Shown one piece after another: positions 1-14,947 of a DNA stretch of 64,000 nucleotides. Both the position numbers and the translations under genes were made by a program. How positions within the stretch are numbered: position 1 is the first letter of the stretch; each line of letters opens with the position of its first letter. The notes under the pieces were generated by a model. It was not told where the DNA came from. It searched no databases and worked only from the letters and a program-made list of their open reading frames with translations. The DNA is from the human T2T-CHM13v2.0 reference genome, Homo sapiens. The stretch is from the NCBI RefSeq assembly GCF_009914755.1, contig NC_060932.1; one strand, 5' to 3'.

Positions 1-441
1 AGACCCTGGCCAACGAATGAAATGAGTACTCAGACACAGGTAGGTATGCAATGTAAGAGCAGCTAGGTGACTGCCTGGCTCTAGTGGCCAGAGAGCAGCC
101 CCAAGAACCTGGAGCTGCTTGCTTTTATTCAGTGCAGGCACAATGCCAAAAACCTGGAGCAAACACAACCTGCAGGTAATTAACATTTATTGTTCCCCTT
201 TCAGGGAACGTCACACACACAGATGATCAAAGGTCAGTTCCTGATCAATATAAATAAACAAGCCTGTTTAAGATAAATTCCCCTATACTCCCTCGTACCT
301 ACACTTTGCCCTCTGCCTCAGGGTTATAGAACAGCTGCCTTCAGCTATTCTCCCCCAGGGCTCTGCAAAACCTTCCAATCTTTCAGAAGGTTTGCGTCCT
401 TTCCCTGTAGTTTTTCCCACCACGCCAACCGATCCCCTACA
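1..441 (-). mobile_element. LTR22 (HERV-K22/HML-5 LTR), runs off window start
   Basis: Reverse complement begins TGTAGGGGATCGGTTGGCGTGGTGGGAAAAACTACAGGGAAAGGACGCAAACCTTCTGAAAG, matching the recalled LTR22 5' end; AATAAA present on the minus strand. Confidence 0.85.
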
Positions 442-686
442 CCACACCCCTATGATTGCATTCCCAACCAATCAGCAGCACTTATTCCTTAACCCCTTGC
501 CTGCCAAACTATCTTTTTGATACCCTAGCCTCCAAATTTTCAGGGAAGCTGATTTGAGTAATAATAAAACTTCGGTCTTCTGTTTAGTTGGCTCTACAGG
601 TACTAAATTCTCTATCACAATTCCCCTGTCTTGATAAATTGGTTCTATCCGGGCAGCAGGCAAGATGAACTAATTGGGCTGTTAGA
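442..686 (+). mobile_element. LTR8-family LTR, 3' part (interrupted by LTR22)
   Basis: ccaatcagcagcac...ctgatttgagtaataataaaact...caattcccctgtcttgataaat...gggctgttaga matches the LTR8 3' end. Confidence 0.75.
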
Positions 687-757
687 AAACCAGCAGTCTC
701 TCAGCCACTAGAAAGTGGCAAACCAGGAACTTCTCAAAAGATCCCATTTCCAGAGCA

Positions 758-1040
758 TTTTTTTTTTCAAGGCAGATCTCACTCTGACACCCAAGCTGAA
801 GTATAGTAGTGCAATCTTGGCTCACTGCAGCCTAGACCTCCAGGGCTCAGGCTACCCTCTCACCTCATCTTCCTAAGTAGCTGGGACTACAGGCATACGC
901 TACCACATCTGGCTAGTTTTTTGTAGAGACAGGGCTTTGCCATGTTGCCAGGCTGGTCTTGAACTCTTGGGCTCAAGTGATCTTCGCACCTCAGCCTCCC
1001 AAAGTGCTAGGATTACAGGTGTGAGCCACTGCGCATAGCC
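758..1040 (-). mobile_element. AluJ-type SINE
   Basis: Poly-T followed by reverse-complement Alu dimer, diverged. Confidence 0.9.
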
Positions 1041-1610
1041 AATAGCATTGTTTTTATTTAATGTATCTCTTAGTTCTTTGAAGAAGTCCCATTTGCAGGG
1101 CACTGTTGTCATTTGACATGACTCAGATATTGCTCTGTGGGAAAAATTCCTATATGCAGAGCATTTGTCTAAAACAGTCAGTTGTGATTATCTAACACAG
1201 CAATTGCCTAAGGCAACAATACTAGTATACGAAAATAAAATCCCAGCCTGGAATATCTGAAGGAAAGGATCTTTACAGGGCCTTTGAAAGGCCCTGGCAT
1301 ATCCCTGAAGACCTAGAAGGCCATGTGCATGTTCAGCACTGTGCAAATGCTCAGGAAAGAACTGAAAGGACCCCAGTATCTCACCTCTGGCTTACTTGAG
1401 ACCCTGCGAAAACAGGAAGTGAAGCTTAAGGGTGACTGGAAAATTGCCTGAGCATCAGAGTGGCTCAACACAAACACAGAGAGCTCTTTGGTAAACAATG
1501 GAAGATTTATTGATTCAAGGTATTTGTGGAAATCTCTAATCAGTCAATAGCTGAATACTAGCCCTTCTTAGTAGAGAATTCAGAGGCTGCACACTACAGA
1601 AAATATAGAT

Positions 1611-2063
1611 TGTATTGGTTCAAAGTGCCAAAAACTAGGTGGCTTTAAACAAAAGAAATTTATTGTCTCACAGTTCTGGAGTCTAGAAGTTCAAAATCAA
1701 GATGTTGTCAGTGCCATGCTCTCACTGGCAACTCTAGGTGAGAACTTTTCTGGCCTCTTCTAGCTTCTAATGATTTCCAGCAATCCTTGGGCTTCTTTGG
1801 TTTATAAATATACTACTATGGTCACATTCCATTTTTTCTCTGTGGGTCTTCATATTTTCTTCCCACTGTGCCTATATGACTCTGTGTGCAAATGTCCTTT
1901 TTATAAGAACAACACTCATATTGAATTAGGGTCGACCCTAATGATCACGTTTTAACCCAATAACCTCTGTGAAGATCCTATTTCCAAATAAGGACACATT
2001 CTGAGGCACTGAGGATTAGAACTAAACATATCTTTTTGAAGGGACGCAATTCAACCCATAATA
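1611..2063 (-). mobile_element. MLT1 (MaLR) LTR, probably MLT1B/C
   Basis: aaacaaaagaaatttattgtctcacagttctggag...aattcaacccataa. Confidence 0.8.
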
Positions 2064-2101
2064 TAGACTTTACAAATTAGTCCAGGAAAGTGATTGAATG
2101 A

Positions 2102-2106
2102 ACACA

Positions 2107-2143
<37 letters not shown>
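2102..2143. repeat. (CA)n microsatellite
   Basis: About 20 CA units seen directly. Confidence 0.95.
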
Positions 2144-2145
<2 letters not shown>

Positions 2146-2149
2146 CAGC

Positions 2150-4940
2150 AGCAGCAATAAAACAGTAACAACAAACTCTGGGGAGAAGGAACCTGATTTT
2201 GAGAGTCACCATATTATATTACCCAAAATGTCCAGTTTTCAATAAAAATATATGTGGCTCATTTAAAAAAACAAAAAAATATGGCCCATACACAGGAAAA
2301 AGGTAGTCAATAGAAACTCTCCCTAGGGAAGCCAAGATGTTGAACATAGCAGACAAACATTTTAAATCAGGTCAAAGAATTAAAGGAAACAGAGTGTAAA
2401 AAATTAAAGTATGACAGTGACATCTCACCAAATAGAGAATATTAAAGATAAATCATTATAAAAAAGAACCAAATATAATTTGTGGAGTTGAAAAGAACAA
2501 TAACTAAAATGAAAAACTCACTAGAGGAGCTCAATAACAGATTAGAGCTGGCAGGAATAAAAGAATCAGTGAACTTGAAAATAGATCAAATAAGATTACC
2601 CACTTTGAGAAACAGAAAGAAAAAAGAATGAAGAAAAATGAAAAGCCCCACAGAGACCAGTGTGATACCTTCAAGCAGATCTAAATAAAAAGACGTTTCA
2701 TGTTTGCTCATTAGAAGAATCAATATTGTGAAGATAGCAATTATCTCCCAAATTCATTTACAGATTCAACACAATCCCTATCAAAAATTTCAGTAGGCTT
2801 TTTTTGTGTGTGTGGAAATTGATAAATCCTGAAAATTATGTGAAAATGAAAAACACCCAAAGTAGTCAAAATAATTTAGAAAAATAAGAACAAATTTGGA
2901 GGACATTCACTGCTCAGTTTCAAAACTTATCATAAAAGCTATAATCTGATACTTGTACATAGACATATAGGCATATGGATTTTTTATTTTTTTTCATTTT
3001 TAATTTTTGTGGGTACATAGTAGGTGTATATATGGGTACATCAGATGTCTTGGTACAGACATGCAATGTGAAACAAGTGCATTATGAAGAATGGAGTATC
3101 CATCCCCTCAAGCATTTATCCACTGATTTGCAAACAATCCAATTACATTTTGTAAATTATTTTTAAATGTACAGTTGTTATTGTTGACTATAGTCATCCT
3201 GTTTTGCTATCAAATAGTAAGCCTTATCCATTCTTCTTATCCATCTTAAGTAAGCCTTATCCATATTTGTATGCAAGGATACAAATCAGCTAGAAGTAAA
3301 AAGATGAATAAAAGATATATAATGCAAATAGTTCCCAAAATAGAGCTGGAGAAGTTATACTAATAAAAGACAAAACACATACACATAGTAAGAGTACCAG
3401 AAAGAATGGAGAGGAATGGATAGAAAGAATATTTGAGGAGACAATGGCTGAAATCTTCCCAACATTGATAGAAAAAACAAATGAACCACAAGTAGAAAAG
3501 CTCAAAGAAAGTCACACATAAATACATCATAGTCAAACTGTAGAAAGACACAAAGAGGGAATCTTGAAAGCAATAAGAGAAAATCAACTCATTATGTACA
3601 AGAAAGTCTCAATAAAATTAATGCTGACATTTCATCAGAAACTATGGAGATCAGAAAGTATCAGGATAACATAATTGAAGTGTTAGGGGAAGGGCAACCA
3701 CTGACCAAAAGTTCTATATCTAACACAACAATTTTCAAAACTGCGGAAGAAATATAGTCCAAGGTAAACAAAAGCTTACAGAATTTACAACCAGCAAATC
3801 TGCCCTAAAGGGTTCCTTCAGCGTAAAATGAAAGACAAATAAAATTATAATTTTTGTACTGCTTTCTTCTCTGAATTAGAAGACAAGTGCATAAAGGAAT
3901 AAATATAAATCTGTGTTGATGATCTAATGTATAAAGATGTAATTTGTATAATAATATTACATAAGAGGAGGGAGGGAATGGAGTGATACTGGAGCAAAAT
4001 TTCTGTATTTCTGTGTACTATTGAAATTAAGTTAGTATTTATCCAAACTAGTTTGCTTTAAGATGGCAGTTGTAATCCTGAGGATAACCACTAAGAAATA
4101 ACATTTTTAAAAAGAGTAGAAGAAACAACACGGGAATTTAAATGACAAAATTGAAAACATCTATTTAACACAAGAGAAGTCAGTAATGAGGAAAGAGACG
4201 AACAAAAAAGACAAAAGACACACAGGAAACAAATAGCAAAATGGCAGACATATATCCTACCTTATCAGTAATTAAATTAAATGTAAATAATTAAATGCTC
4301 CAACCCAAAAGGCAGAGGCACGTTGAAAGGATAAAACTATATGATCCAATTATATGCTGCCTACAAGAGAGAACTTAGATTCAAAGACACAAATCAGCTA
4401 GAAGTAAAAAGATGAATAAAAGATATATAATGCAAACAGTAACCAAAATGGAGTTGGAGAGGTTATACTAATAAAAGACAAAATAAACTTTAAAAAATTG
4501 CTACTAGATGGGAGACATTTTATAATGATAAAAGCATCAACTCAGAAGGACTACATAAAAATTATAAACACCTAATAACTGATCCCTAAATATACAAAAC
4601 TAAAACTGGTACAATTCAAGGTAGAAATAGAAAATTCAACAATAGTAGTTATAGACTTTAATATTCCACTCTCGAAAACTGATAGATAAGTCTCAAGCCT
4701 AAGCAACAAAGAAAAAAACTGATAGAACAACTAGAAAAAAAATTCAACAAGACTACATAAAACTTTAAAAACATTATCAACCAACTTGACCAAAAGCCCA
4801 TCAACACCAAGAATATACATTCTTTTCAAGCACATATGGGATATTCTCCAGGATAAATCATATGTTAAGTCATGAAATAAGTATTAATAAATTTAGGAGG
4901 AGGAAAATTATACAAATAAAGTTAAATTAGAAATTTTTTA
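2150..4940 (+). mobile_element. Old L1M 5' region, ORF1 and ORF2 endonuclease remnant, interrupted by the templated insertion at 2677-3375
   Basis: ORF1-like gaatcagtgaacttgaaaatagatc and gaatatttgaggagacaatggctgaaatcttccc; EN-like atatgctgcctacaagaga. Confidence 0.8.
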
Positions 4941-5766
4941 GAAAAGAAGGAAACTACAATAACTGAGAAAGTATGGTATTGGCAAAAGGTTAAAAAAATA
5001 AATCAAGGGAACAGAATAGACAGCCCAGAAATAGATCGATACAGATATAATCAATTAAACTTTGACAAAAGAGCAAAGGCAGTTAAATGGAGAAAAGAGA
5101 GTCTTTTCAATAAATGGTGCTAGAACAACTGGAAATTCATATGCCAAAAAAAAAAAAAGTGAATCCAGTCACAGACCACACACTTTTCACAAAAGTTAAC
5201 CCCAAGTGGATTAGAGACCTAAATTTAGAACAAGAAACCACAAAGCTCTAGAATGTAACATAAGATAAAAGCTAGGTGACCTTTGGTTTGTTGATGACTT
5301 CTTAGATACAACACCAAAAGCACAACATATGACAGCAAAAATTGATGTCATACTTCATTACAATTAAAAATTTCTGCTCGCAAAAGATCACTCTTATGAG
5401 AATAAAAATATAAGCCACAGACTGGAAGTAAATATTTGCAAAATACAAATCTGATGAATCATTATACCTAAAATATAGATATAACTATTGAAACAAAACT
5501 CAGCAATAAGAAAGTAAACAACCCAATTAATTAATAAGTGAGCAAAAAAAACTGAACAGACAGTTCACCAAAGAAAACATATAGATAGCAAATAAGCATA
5601 TGAAAAGCTGTCCTACATCATATGTCGTCAGGGTATTGCCAACTAAAACAACAGTGAGATCCCTGCCTTCTCAGGGATCTTGTGTTAGTGATCATCATCC
5701 AGCGAATGACTACAGCTTCTGCTTGCCTGTAAATAATACTCTCTTTCATCATTAAAAACAATCCTC

Positions 5767-6205
<439 letters not shown>

Positions 6206-6535
6206 TTACCACATGATCCAGCAATTGTGTTCCTTGGTATTTACTCAAATGAGCTGAAATATATACACAAAAACCTGCACATGAAGAATTATAGCAGCTT
6301 TATTCACAATTTGCTAAAACTTGGAAGCAATCAAAATATCCTTCAGTAAGTAAATAGATAAACAAACGGTGGTACATCCTAGCTGTGGTATATTCCAATA
6401 TACAATGGAATATTATTCAGCAATTACATGAGCTATCAAGCTACAGTAAAACATGAGAAAAACCTTAAATGCATATTGTTAAGTGAAAAAAGTTAAACTA
6501 AAAAGATTACATATTGCATGATTTCAATCTTATGA

Positions 6536-6938
<403 letters not shown>

Positions 6939-7269
6939 GGGGATTTTTAGGATAGTGAAAGTGTTCATATACGATACTGTAATGGTGTACACACATCATT
7001 ACACATTTGTAACAACCCACAGAATATACACTATGGAGAAACTCTAATGTAAATTATGAATTTTAGTTAATGACAATGTATCAGTTTTGACTCATCAAGG
7101 GTAACAAATGTACCATGCTAATGCAAGATGTTAATAATAGGGGAATCTGGGTAGGAAGCATGAAAGGGGAGTGGTAGTGGGTAGAGGGAAAATGTGGACA
7201 TTCTCAGTAGTTTCTGCTCAATTTTTCTGTAAACCTGAAACTGCTTTTAAGATAAAATCTATTGCTTTA

Positions 7270-7751
7270 TTGCAAGATACAAGATAAGTATATAAAAATC
7301 AATTGTATTTCTAAATAAGAGTGAAATTGAGAATAAAATGCCATTCATAATAGCAACAAAAAGAATATAATAGGAATAAATTTAGCAGAAAAAAATATAA
7401 AACATACACTGAAAATAACAAAACTTTGCTGAAGTCAATTAAATAAGATCTAAATAAATAAAAAGACATTTCATGTTTGTTCATTAGAAGAATCAATATT
7501 GTGAAGATAGCAATTATCTCCCAAATTCATTTATAGATTCAACACAATCCCTATCAAAAATTCCAGTAGACTTTTGTGCGTGTGGAAATTGATAAATCCT
7601 GAAAATTATGAGAAAATGAAAAACACTCAAAGTAGTTAAAATAATTTAGAAAAATAAGAACAAACTTGGAGGACATTCACTTCTCAATTTCAAAACGTAT
7701 TATAAAAGCTATAATTTGGTACTGATACACAGACATATAGGCATATGGATT
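7270..7751 (+). mobile_element. Old L1M ORF2 (RT region) fragment; continues at 14948
   Basis: gaatcaatattgtgaagatagcaattatctcccaaattcatttatagattcaac. Confidence 0.8.
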
Positions 7752-10700
7752 TATTTATTTGTTTTCTTTTTCATTTTTAATTTTTGTGAGTACATAGTAG
7801 GTGTATATATGGGTATATGAGATGTTTTGGTACAGACAGGCAATGTAAAACAAGCACATTATGAAGAATGGGGTATCGATCCCCTCGAACATTTATCCAT
7901 TGAGTTGCAAACAATCAAATTACATTCTTTAAGTTATTTTTAAATGTTCAGTTGTTATTATTGACTATTGACTATAGTCACCCTGTTGTGCTATCAAATA
8001 GGAAGCCTTATCCATTATTTTTAACTATTTTGTTTTGTACGCTTTATTGTCACCTTTGCACCAATACCCCACCACCCTTCCCAGCCTCTGGTAATCAGCC
8101 TTCTACTCTCTATGTCCATGAGTTCAATTGTTTTCATTTTTAGATCTCACAAATAACGGAGAACATGTATTGTTTGTCTCTCTGTGCCTGGCTTATTTCA
8201 GTAAACATAATGATCTCCGGTTCCATCCATGCTGATGCAAATGACTGGATCTCATTCTTTATCATGGCTGAATAGTGCTCCCTTGTGTATATGTACATTT
8301 TCTTTCTTTATTCATCTGTTGATGAATGCTTATGTTGCTTCCAAATCTTAGCTACTGTAAACAGTGCTGCAACAAACATAGGAATGCAGATATCTCTTCA
8401 ATTTATGGATTTATTTTCTTTTGGGTTTATACCCAGCAGTGGGATTGCTGGATCATATGGTAGCACAATTTTTAGTTTTTTAAGTAAACTCCAAACTGTT
8501 CTCCTTAGTGGTTGTACTAATTGACATTCCCACCAATGGTGTACAAGGGTTCGCTTTTTTTGCACATCCTTACCGGCATTTGTTATTTGGATAAAAGTCA
8601 TTTGTCTTTTGTATATAAGCCGTTTTGATTGGGGTGAAATGATATCTTGTTGTAGTTTTGATTTGCATTTCTCTGATGATCAGTGATGTCAAGCACCTTT
8701 TTATATGTCTGTTTGCCATTTGTATGTCTTCTTTTTAAAAATGTCAACTTAAATTTTTTGCCCATTTTTGACTGAATTATATTTTTTCCTATAGATTTGT
8801 TGGAACTCCTTATATATTCTGACTATTAATCCCTTGTCAAGTGGGTAGTTTGCAAATATTTTATCCCATTCTGTGGGTTGTCTCTTCACTTTGTTGATTG
8901 CATCCTTTGCTGTGCAGAAGCTTTTTAACTTGATGTGATCCTATTTGTCCATGTTTGCTTTGGTTGCCTGTGCTTGTGGGGTATTGCTCAATAAATTGTT
9001 CTCCTGACCAACGTCCTGGAGATTTCCCCCAATGTTTTCTTGTAGGAGTTTCATAGTTTGAGGTCTTAGATTTAAGTCATTAATCCATTTTGATTTGATT
9101 TTTGTATATGGCAAGAGATGGGGATCTAGTTTCATTCTTCTGCATATGCATATAGTTTTCCCATCACCGTTTATTAAAGAGATTTTCTTTCCCCAGTGTG
9201 TTCTTGGCACCTTTGTCAAAAATGAATTCATTGTAGGTTGTGGATTTGTTTCTGCATTCTCTATTCTATTCTATTGGTCTATGTGTCTGCTTTTATGCCA
9301 GTACCATGCTGTTTTGGTTACTATGGCTCTGTAGTAGAATTTGAAGTCTGGTAATGTGATTTCTCCAGTTTAGTTCTTTTTGCTTAGGATAGCTTTAGTT
9401 ATTCTGGGTCTTTGGTGGTTCCATATAAATTTTGGGATTTTTTTTCTATTTCTGTGAGGAATGTCATTGGTATTTTGATAGGAATTGCATTAAATCTGTA
9501 GATTTCTTTGGGCAATAATATGGACATTTTAACAACGTTGATTCTTCCAATTCAGGAATGTGGAACATTTTTCCCATTTCTGGTGTCCTCTTCAATTTTT
9601 TTAATCAGCATTTTATAGTTTTCATTATAGAGCTCTTTCACTTCTTTGGTTAATTCCTAGGTATTTAATTTTATGTGTGGCTACTGTAAATAGAATTACT
9701 TTTTTATTTCTTTTTCACATTGTCCACTGTTGGCACTGTTGTGTTTCCACTTTTCTGAATTTGTGTATCAGTTCTAATAGTCTTTTGATGGCATCTTTAT
9801 GGTTTTCAAAGTATAAGATTCTATCATCTGCAAATGAAGATAATTTGACTTCTTCCTTTCCAATTTATGTCCTTTATATCTTTCTCTGGTCTGATTTCTC
9901 TATCTAGCTGGGACTTCCTATACTGTGTTGAACAACAGTGGTGACATCCTTGTTGTATTTCAGATTTTAGAGGAAAGGCTTTCAGTTTTTTTCCCATTTC
10001 GTATCATAATAGTTGTGGTTCTGTGGTATATGACTTTTATTGTGTTGAGGAATGTCCCTCGTATTTCCAGATTTTTTAGGGTTTTTATCATGAAGAGATG
10101 CTGAATTATATCAAATGCTTTTTTAGCATCAATTGAAATGATCATAAGGTTTTTATCTTTCATTCTGTTAATATGGTGTATCACATTGATTGATTTGCAT
10201 ATGTTGCATCCAACTTTGCATCCCAGGGATAAATCCCACTTGTTCAAGATGAATGATCTCTCTAATGTATTGCTGAATTCAGTTTATAGTATTTTACTGA
10301 GTATTTTTGCATCAATATTCATCAGCGGTGTTGGCCTGTAGTTTTCTTTTTTTGGATGTGTCTTTGTCTGGTTTCAGTATCAGGGTAATACTGGCCTCAT
10401 AGAGTGAGTTTAGAAGTACCTCCTCCTCCTCTATTTATTGAAATAATTTGAGTATGATTGGTATTAATTCTTCTTTAAATGTTTGGCAGAATTCAACAGT
10501 GACTCCATCAGGTCCTGGAATTTTCTTTACTGGGAGACTTTTTATAACCGCTTCGATCTCATTACTTGTTATTGGTCTGTTCAAGTTTTGGATTTCCTCC
10601 TGACTCAATCTTGGTAGGTTGTATCTAGGAATTTGTCCAATTCATCTAGATTTTCTGATTTATTGGCATATAGTTGCTCATAGTAGCCACTAATAATCAT

Positions 10701-10874
10701 TTGAATTTCTTCAGTATCAATTATAATGGCTACTTTTTCATTTCTGGTTTTATTTACTTGGATCTTTTATCTTTTTTCTTAATTAACCTAGCTAAAGGTT
10801 TGTCAGTTCTGTTTAACTTTTCAAAGAAACGACTTTTGATGTCATCAATTTTGGGTTTTTTTTTTTCACTTCAA

Positions 10875-11241
10875 TTTTTTTTTTAGTGGAGTCTTGCTCT
10901 GTTGCCCAGGCTGGAGTGTAGTGGCACAATCATGACTTGACTCACTGCAACCTCCACCTCCGAGGCTGAAATGATTCTGGTGCCTCAGCCTCCCAAGTAG
11001 CTGGGACTACAGGCCCCCACCACCAAACCTGGCTAATTTTTGGTATTTTTAGTAGAGATTTAGTAGATTTAGTAGATTTAGTAGAGATTTAATAGAGATT
11101 TTAGTAGAGATATTTAGTAGAGATTTCAGAGAGGTTTCACCATGTTGGTCAGGCTGGTCTCTAACTCCTCACCTCAAGTGATCCACCCACTTCAGCCTCC
11201 CAAAGTCCTGGGATTACAAGTGTGGGCCACTGCTCCTGGCC
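10875..11241 (-). mobile_element. AluS with expanded internal linker repeat, nested in L1MA
   Basis: Alu arms flank a tandem expansion of tagtagagattt. Confidence 0.9.
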
Positions 11242-13539
11242 TAATTCCAATTTCATTTATTTCTGCTCTGATCTTTATTATTTATTTTCTTCTGCTAATT
11301 TTGATTTTGGTTTGCTCTTGCTTTTCTAGTTCTTTAAGGTGCATCATTAGGTTGTTTATTTGAAGTTTTTCCTCTTTGTTGATGTAGGTACTTAAAACCA
11401 TAACTTTTTCTCTTAGTATTATTTTTGCTCTATCCCATAGGTTTTGGTATGTTGTGTTTCCATTATCATTTGTGTCAAGAAATTTTTCAGTTTCCTTCTT
11501 AATTTCTTCATTGACCCACTGGTCATTCAGGAGCATGATGTTTAATTTGCATGTATTTCTGTAGTTTCCAAAATTCCTTTTGTTATTAATTTGTAGTTTC
11601 ATTCCATTGCGGCCAGAGGAGATGCTTGATGTTATTTCAAACTTTTTTGAATATTGTAAGACTTGTTTTGTGACCTAACATATGGTCTATCCTTGAGAAT
11701 GATCCATGTGCTCTGGAAAAGAGTATATTCTGCAGCTCTTGGATAAAATGTTCTGTAAATATCTATTAGATCAATTTGGTCTATAGTGCAGATTAAGTCT
11801 GATTTTTCTGTGTGAAAGATCTGTGCAATGGTGAAAGTGGGATGTTGAAGTCTCCAGCTATTATTGTGCTGGGGGATGTCTCTTTCTTTAGGTCTAATAG
11901 TATTTTCTTTATATATCTTAATGTTCCAGTGCTGAGTGCTTATATATTTATAATTGTTATATCCTCTTGCTGAATTGACCTCTTTATCATTGTATAGTGA
12001 CCTTCTTTGTCTCTTCTTACAGTTATTTTACATGACTCAAGTAAGCATCAGAACTTATTACAGTTTTTGTCTTGAAATCTATTTTATCTGATATCAGTCT
12101 AGTGACATCTGTTCTTGTTTGTTTGTTTGTTTTATTTTGCTTCCATTAGCATGAAAACCAATAGAAATCTTCCCTTTATTTTTCAGTTTGTGTGTGTCTT
12201 TATAGGTGAAGTGTGGTTCTTGTAGGCAACAGATCTGTGGGTCTTGCTTTTTTTTCCATCCCTTTATTTTGAGTTTGTGTGTGTCTTTATAGGTGAACTG
12301 TGTTTCTTGTAGACAACAGATCAGTGAGTCTTGCTTTTTCATCCATTCAGCCAGACATGTCTTTTTATTGGAAAGTTTAGTCCATTTACATTCACTGTTA
12401 TTATTGATAAGTAAGGGTTTACTCCTGCCATTTTGTTATTTGTTTTCTGGTTGTTTTGTGCTTTTCCCTTCCTTCCTTCTTCCTTTCATTCCTGTCTTCC
12501 TCTAGTGAAGATGATTTTCTCTTGTGACGTGATTTAGTTTTTTGCTTTTTTATTTTTTGTGTATACATTTGTATGTTTTTTGGTTTGAGGTTATCACGAG
12601 GCTTGCAAATACTGTCTTATAACCCATTATTTTAGCCTGATAACAACGTAACACTATTTGCATACACAAACAAGCAAAAAAGAAAACTAATAAAAACTTG
12701 CCTTAACTGCATCCCCCCACTTAACTTTTTGTTGTTTCTATTTATATCTTATTGTACTGACTATGTCTTGAAAATTATTGTACTTATTATTTTTTATTAG
12801 TCCATCATTTATTCCTTCTACTTAGGATAAGAGTAGTTTGCACACCATAGTTACAAATGTTATAATATTCTGTGGTTTTCTGTGTGCTTAATATTACCAG
12901 TGAGTTTTGTACCTTCAAGTGATTATTTATTGCTCATTAATGTCTTTTTCTTTCTGATTGAAGTACTCCCTTTAGCATTTCATGTAAGACAGGTCTGGTA
13001 TTGATGATATCCCTCAGCTTTTGTTTGTCTGGGGAAGTCTATTTCTTCTTGATGTTTGAAGGATCTTTTCACCAGATAGACTATTCTAGGGTAAAAGTTT
13101 TTTCCTTCAGCACTTTAAATATATCAGGCACTCTTTCCTGGCCTGTAAGGTTTCCACTGAAAAGTCTGCTCCCAGACCTACTGGAGTTTCGTTGTACATT
13201 GTTTCTTTTCTCTTGCTGATTTTAGGATTCTTTCTTTATCCTTGATATATGGGAGTTTGATTATTAAACGCCTTGAGGTAGTCTTCTTTAGGTTAAATCT
13301 GTTTGGTGTTCTATAACGTTCTTGTGCTTGGATATTGATATCTTTCTCTAGGTTTGGGAAGTTCTCTGTTATTTTCCCTTTGAATAAGCTTTCTATCCCT
13401 ATCTCTTTTTCTACCTCCTATTTAAGGCCAATAACTCTTAGATTTGCTCTTTTGAGACTATTTAGCATGCCTAAATCCTATAGGCTTGCTTCATTCTTTT
13501 TTATTCTTTTTTCTTTTGTCTCTTCTGATTGTGTATTTT

Positions 13540-13889
<350 letters not shown>

Positions 13890-14947
13890 CATATTTGAAA
13901 CTGTGTATTTTCAAATAGACCATCTTTAAGCTCACTGATTTTTTCTTCTGCTTGATCCATTCTGCTGTTAAAGGACTCTGATGCATTCTTCAGTATGCCA
14001 ATTGCACTTTTCAGCTCCAGAATTTCTGCTTCATTCTTATTAATTATTTCAATCTCTTTGTTAGATTTATCTGATAGAATTCTGAATTCCTTCTCAGTGT
14101 TGTCTTGAATTTCTTTGAGTTTCCTCTGCACAGCTAATTTGAATTTTCTATATGAAATATCACACATCATTGTTGTTCCAGGGTTGGTCCCTGGTGTCTT
14201 ATTTAGTTCATTTGGTGAGGTCACATTTTCCTGAATGGTGTTGATGCTAGTAGATATTCTTCTGTATCTGGGCATTGAAGACTTAGGTATTTATTTTAGT
14301 CTTTACTGTCTGGGCTTATTTGTAGCCATCCTTCTTGGGAAGGCTTTCCAAATATTTGAAAGTACTTGGGTATTGTGATCTAAGCTTTATCTGCTTTAAA
14401 GGGCATGCCAAACCCAGCAATGCTGTGATTCTTGCAGACTTGTAGAAGTACTGCCTTGATGGTCTTGGACAAAATCTTGGAGAAATTGCTGGATTACTAG
14501 GCAGAGACTCTTTCTCTTCCTTTGCTTTCTCCCAAACATACAGACCCTCTCACACCCCTTTAGCCACCACCACTGTGACTGTGCTGGGTCAGACCTGAAA
14601 CCAGCCCACCACTGAGTTTCACCCAAGGCCTGCTGTAACCATGCCCTGGCTACTGCCTATGTTCACTCAAGCCCCAGGGCTCTACAATCAGCAAGTGGCA
14701 AAGCCATCCAGGCCTGTGTCTTTTTTTGCATGCTGGTGAGGTCCCCCAGGCCCTAGGTGGGTCCAAAAGGGCCATCTGGAAGTCAGAGACTAAAGTCAAA
14801 AACCTTAGAAGTCTACCTGGTATTCTGCTGTATTGCAGCTCAGCTGGCATTCAAACCACAAGATGTGGTCCTTCCTATTCTACTCTCCCCTTTCCAAAGG
14901 CAGAGGAGCTTCACCCTGTAGCCACCACCCCTGACCATACGAGTACT

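Noticed and set aside
11047-11133. CRISPR-like array
   Set aside because: Contiguous tandem units without unique spacers, inside an Alu in primate DNA
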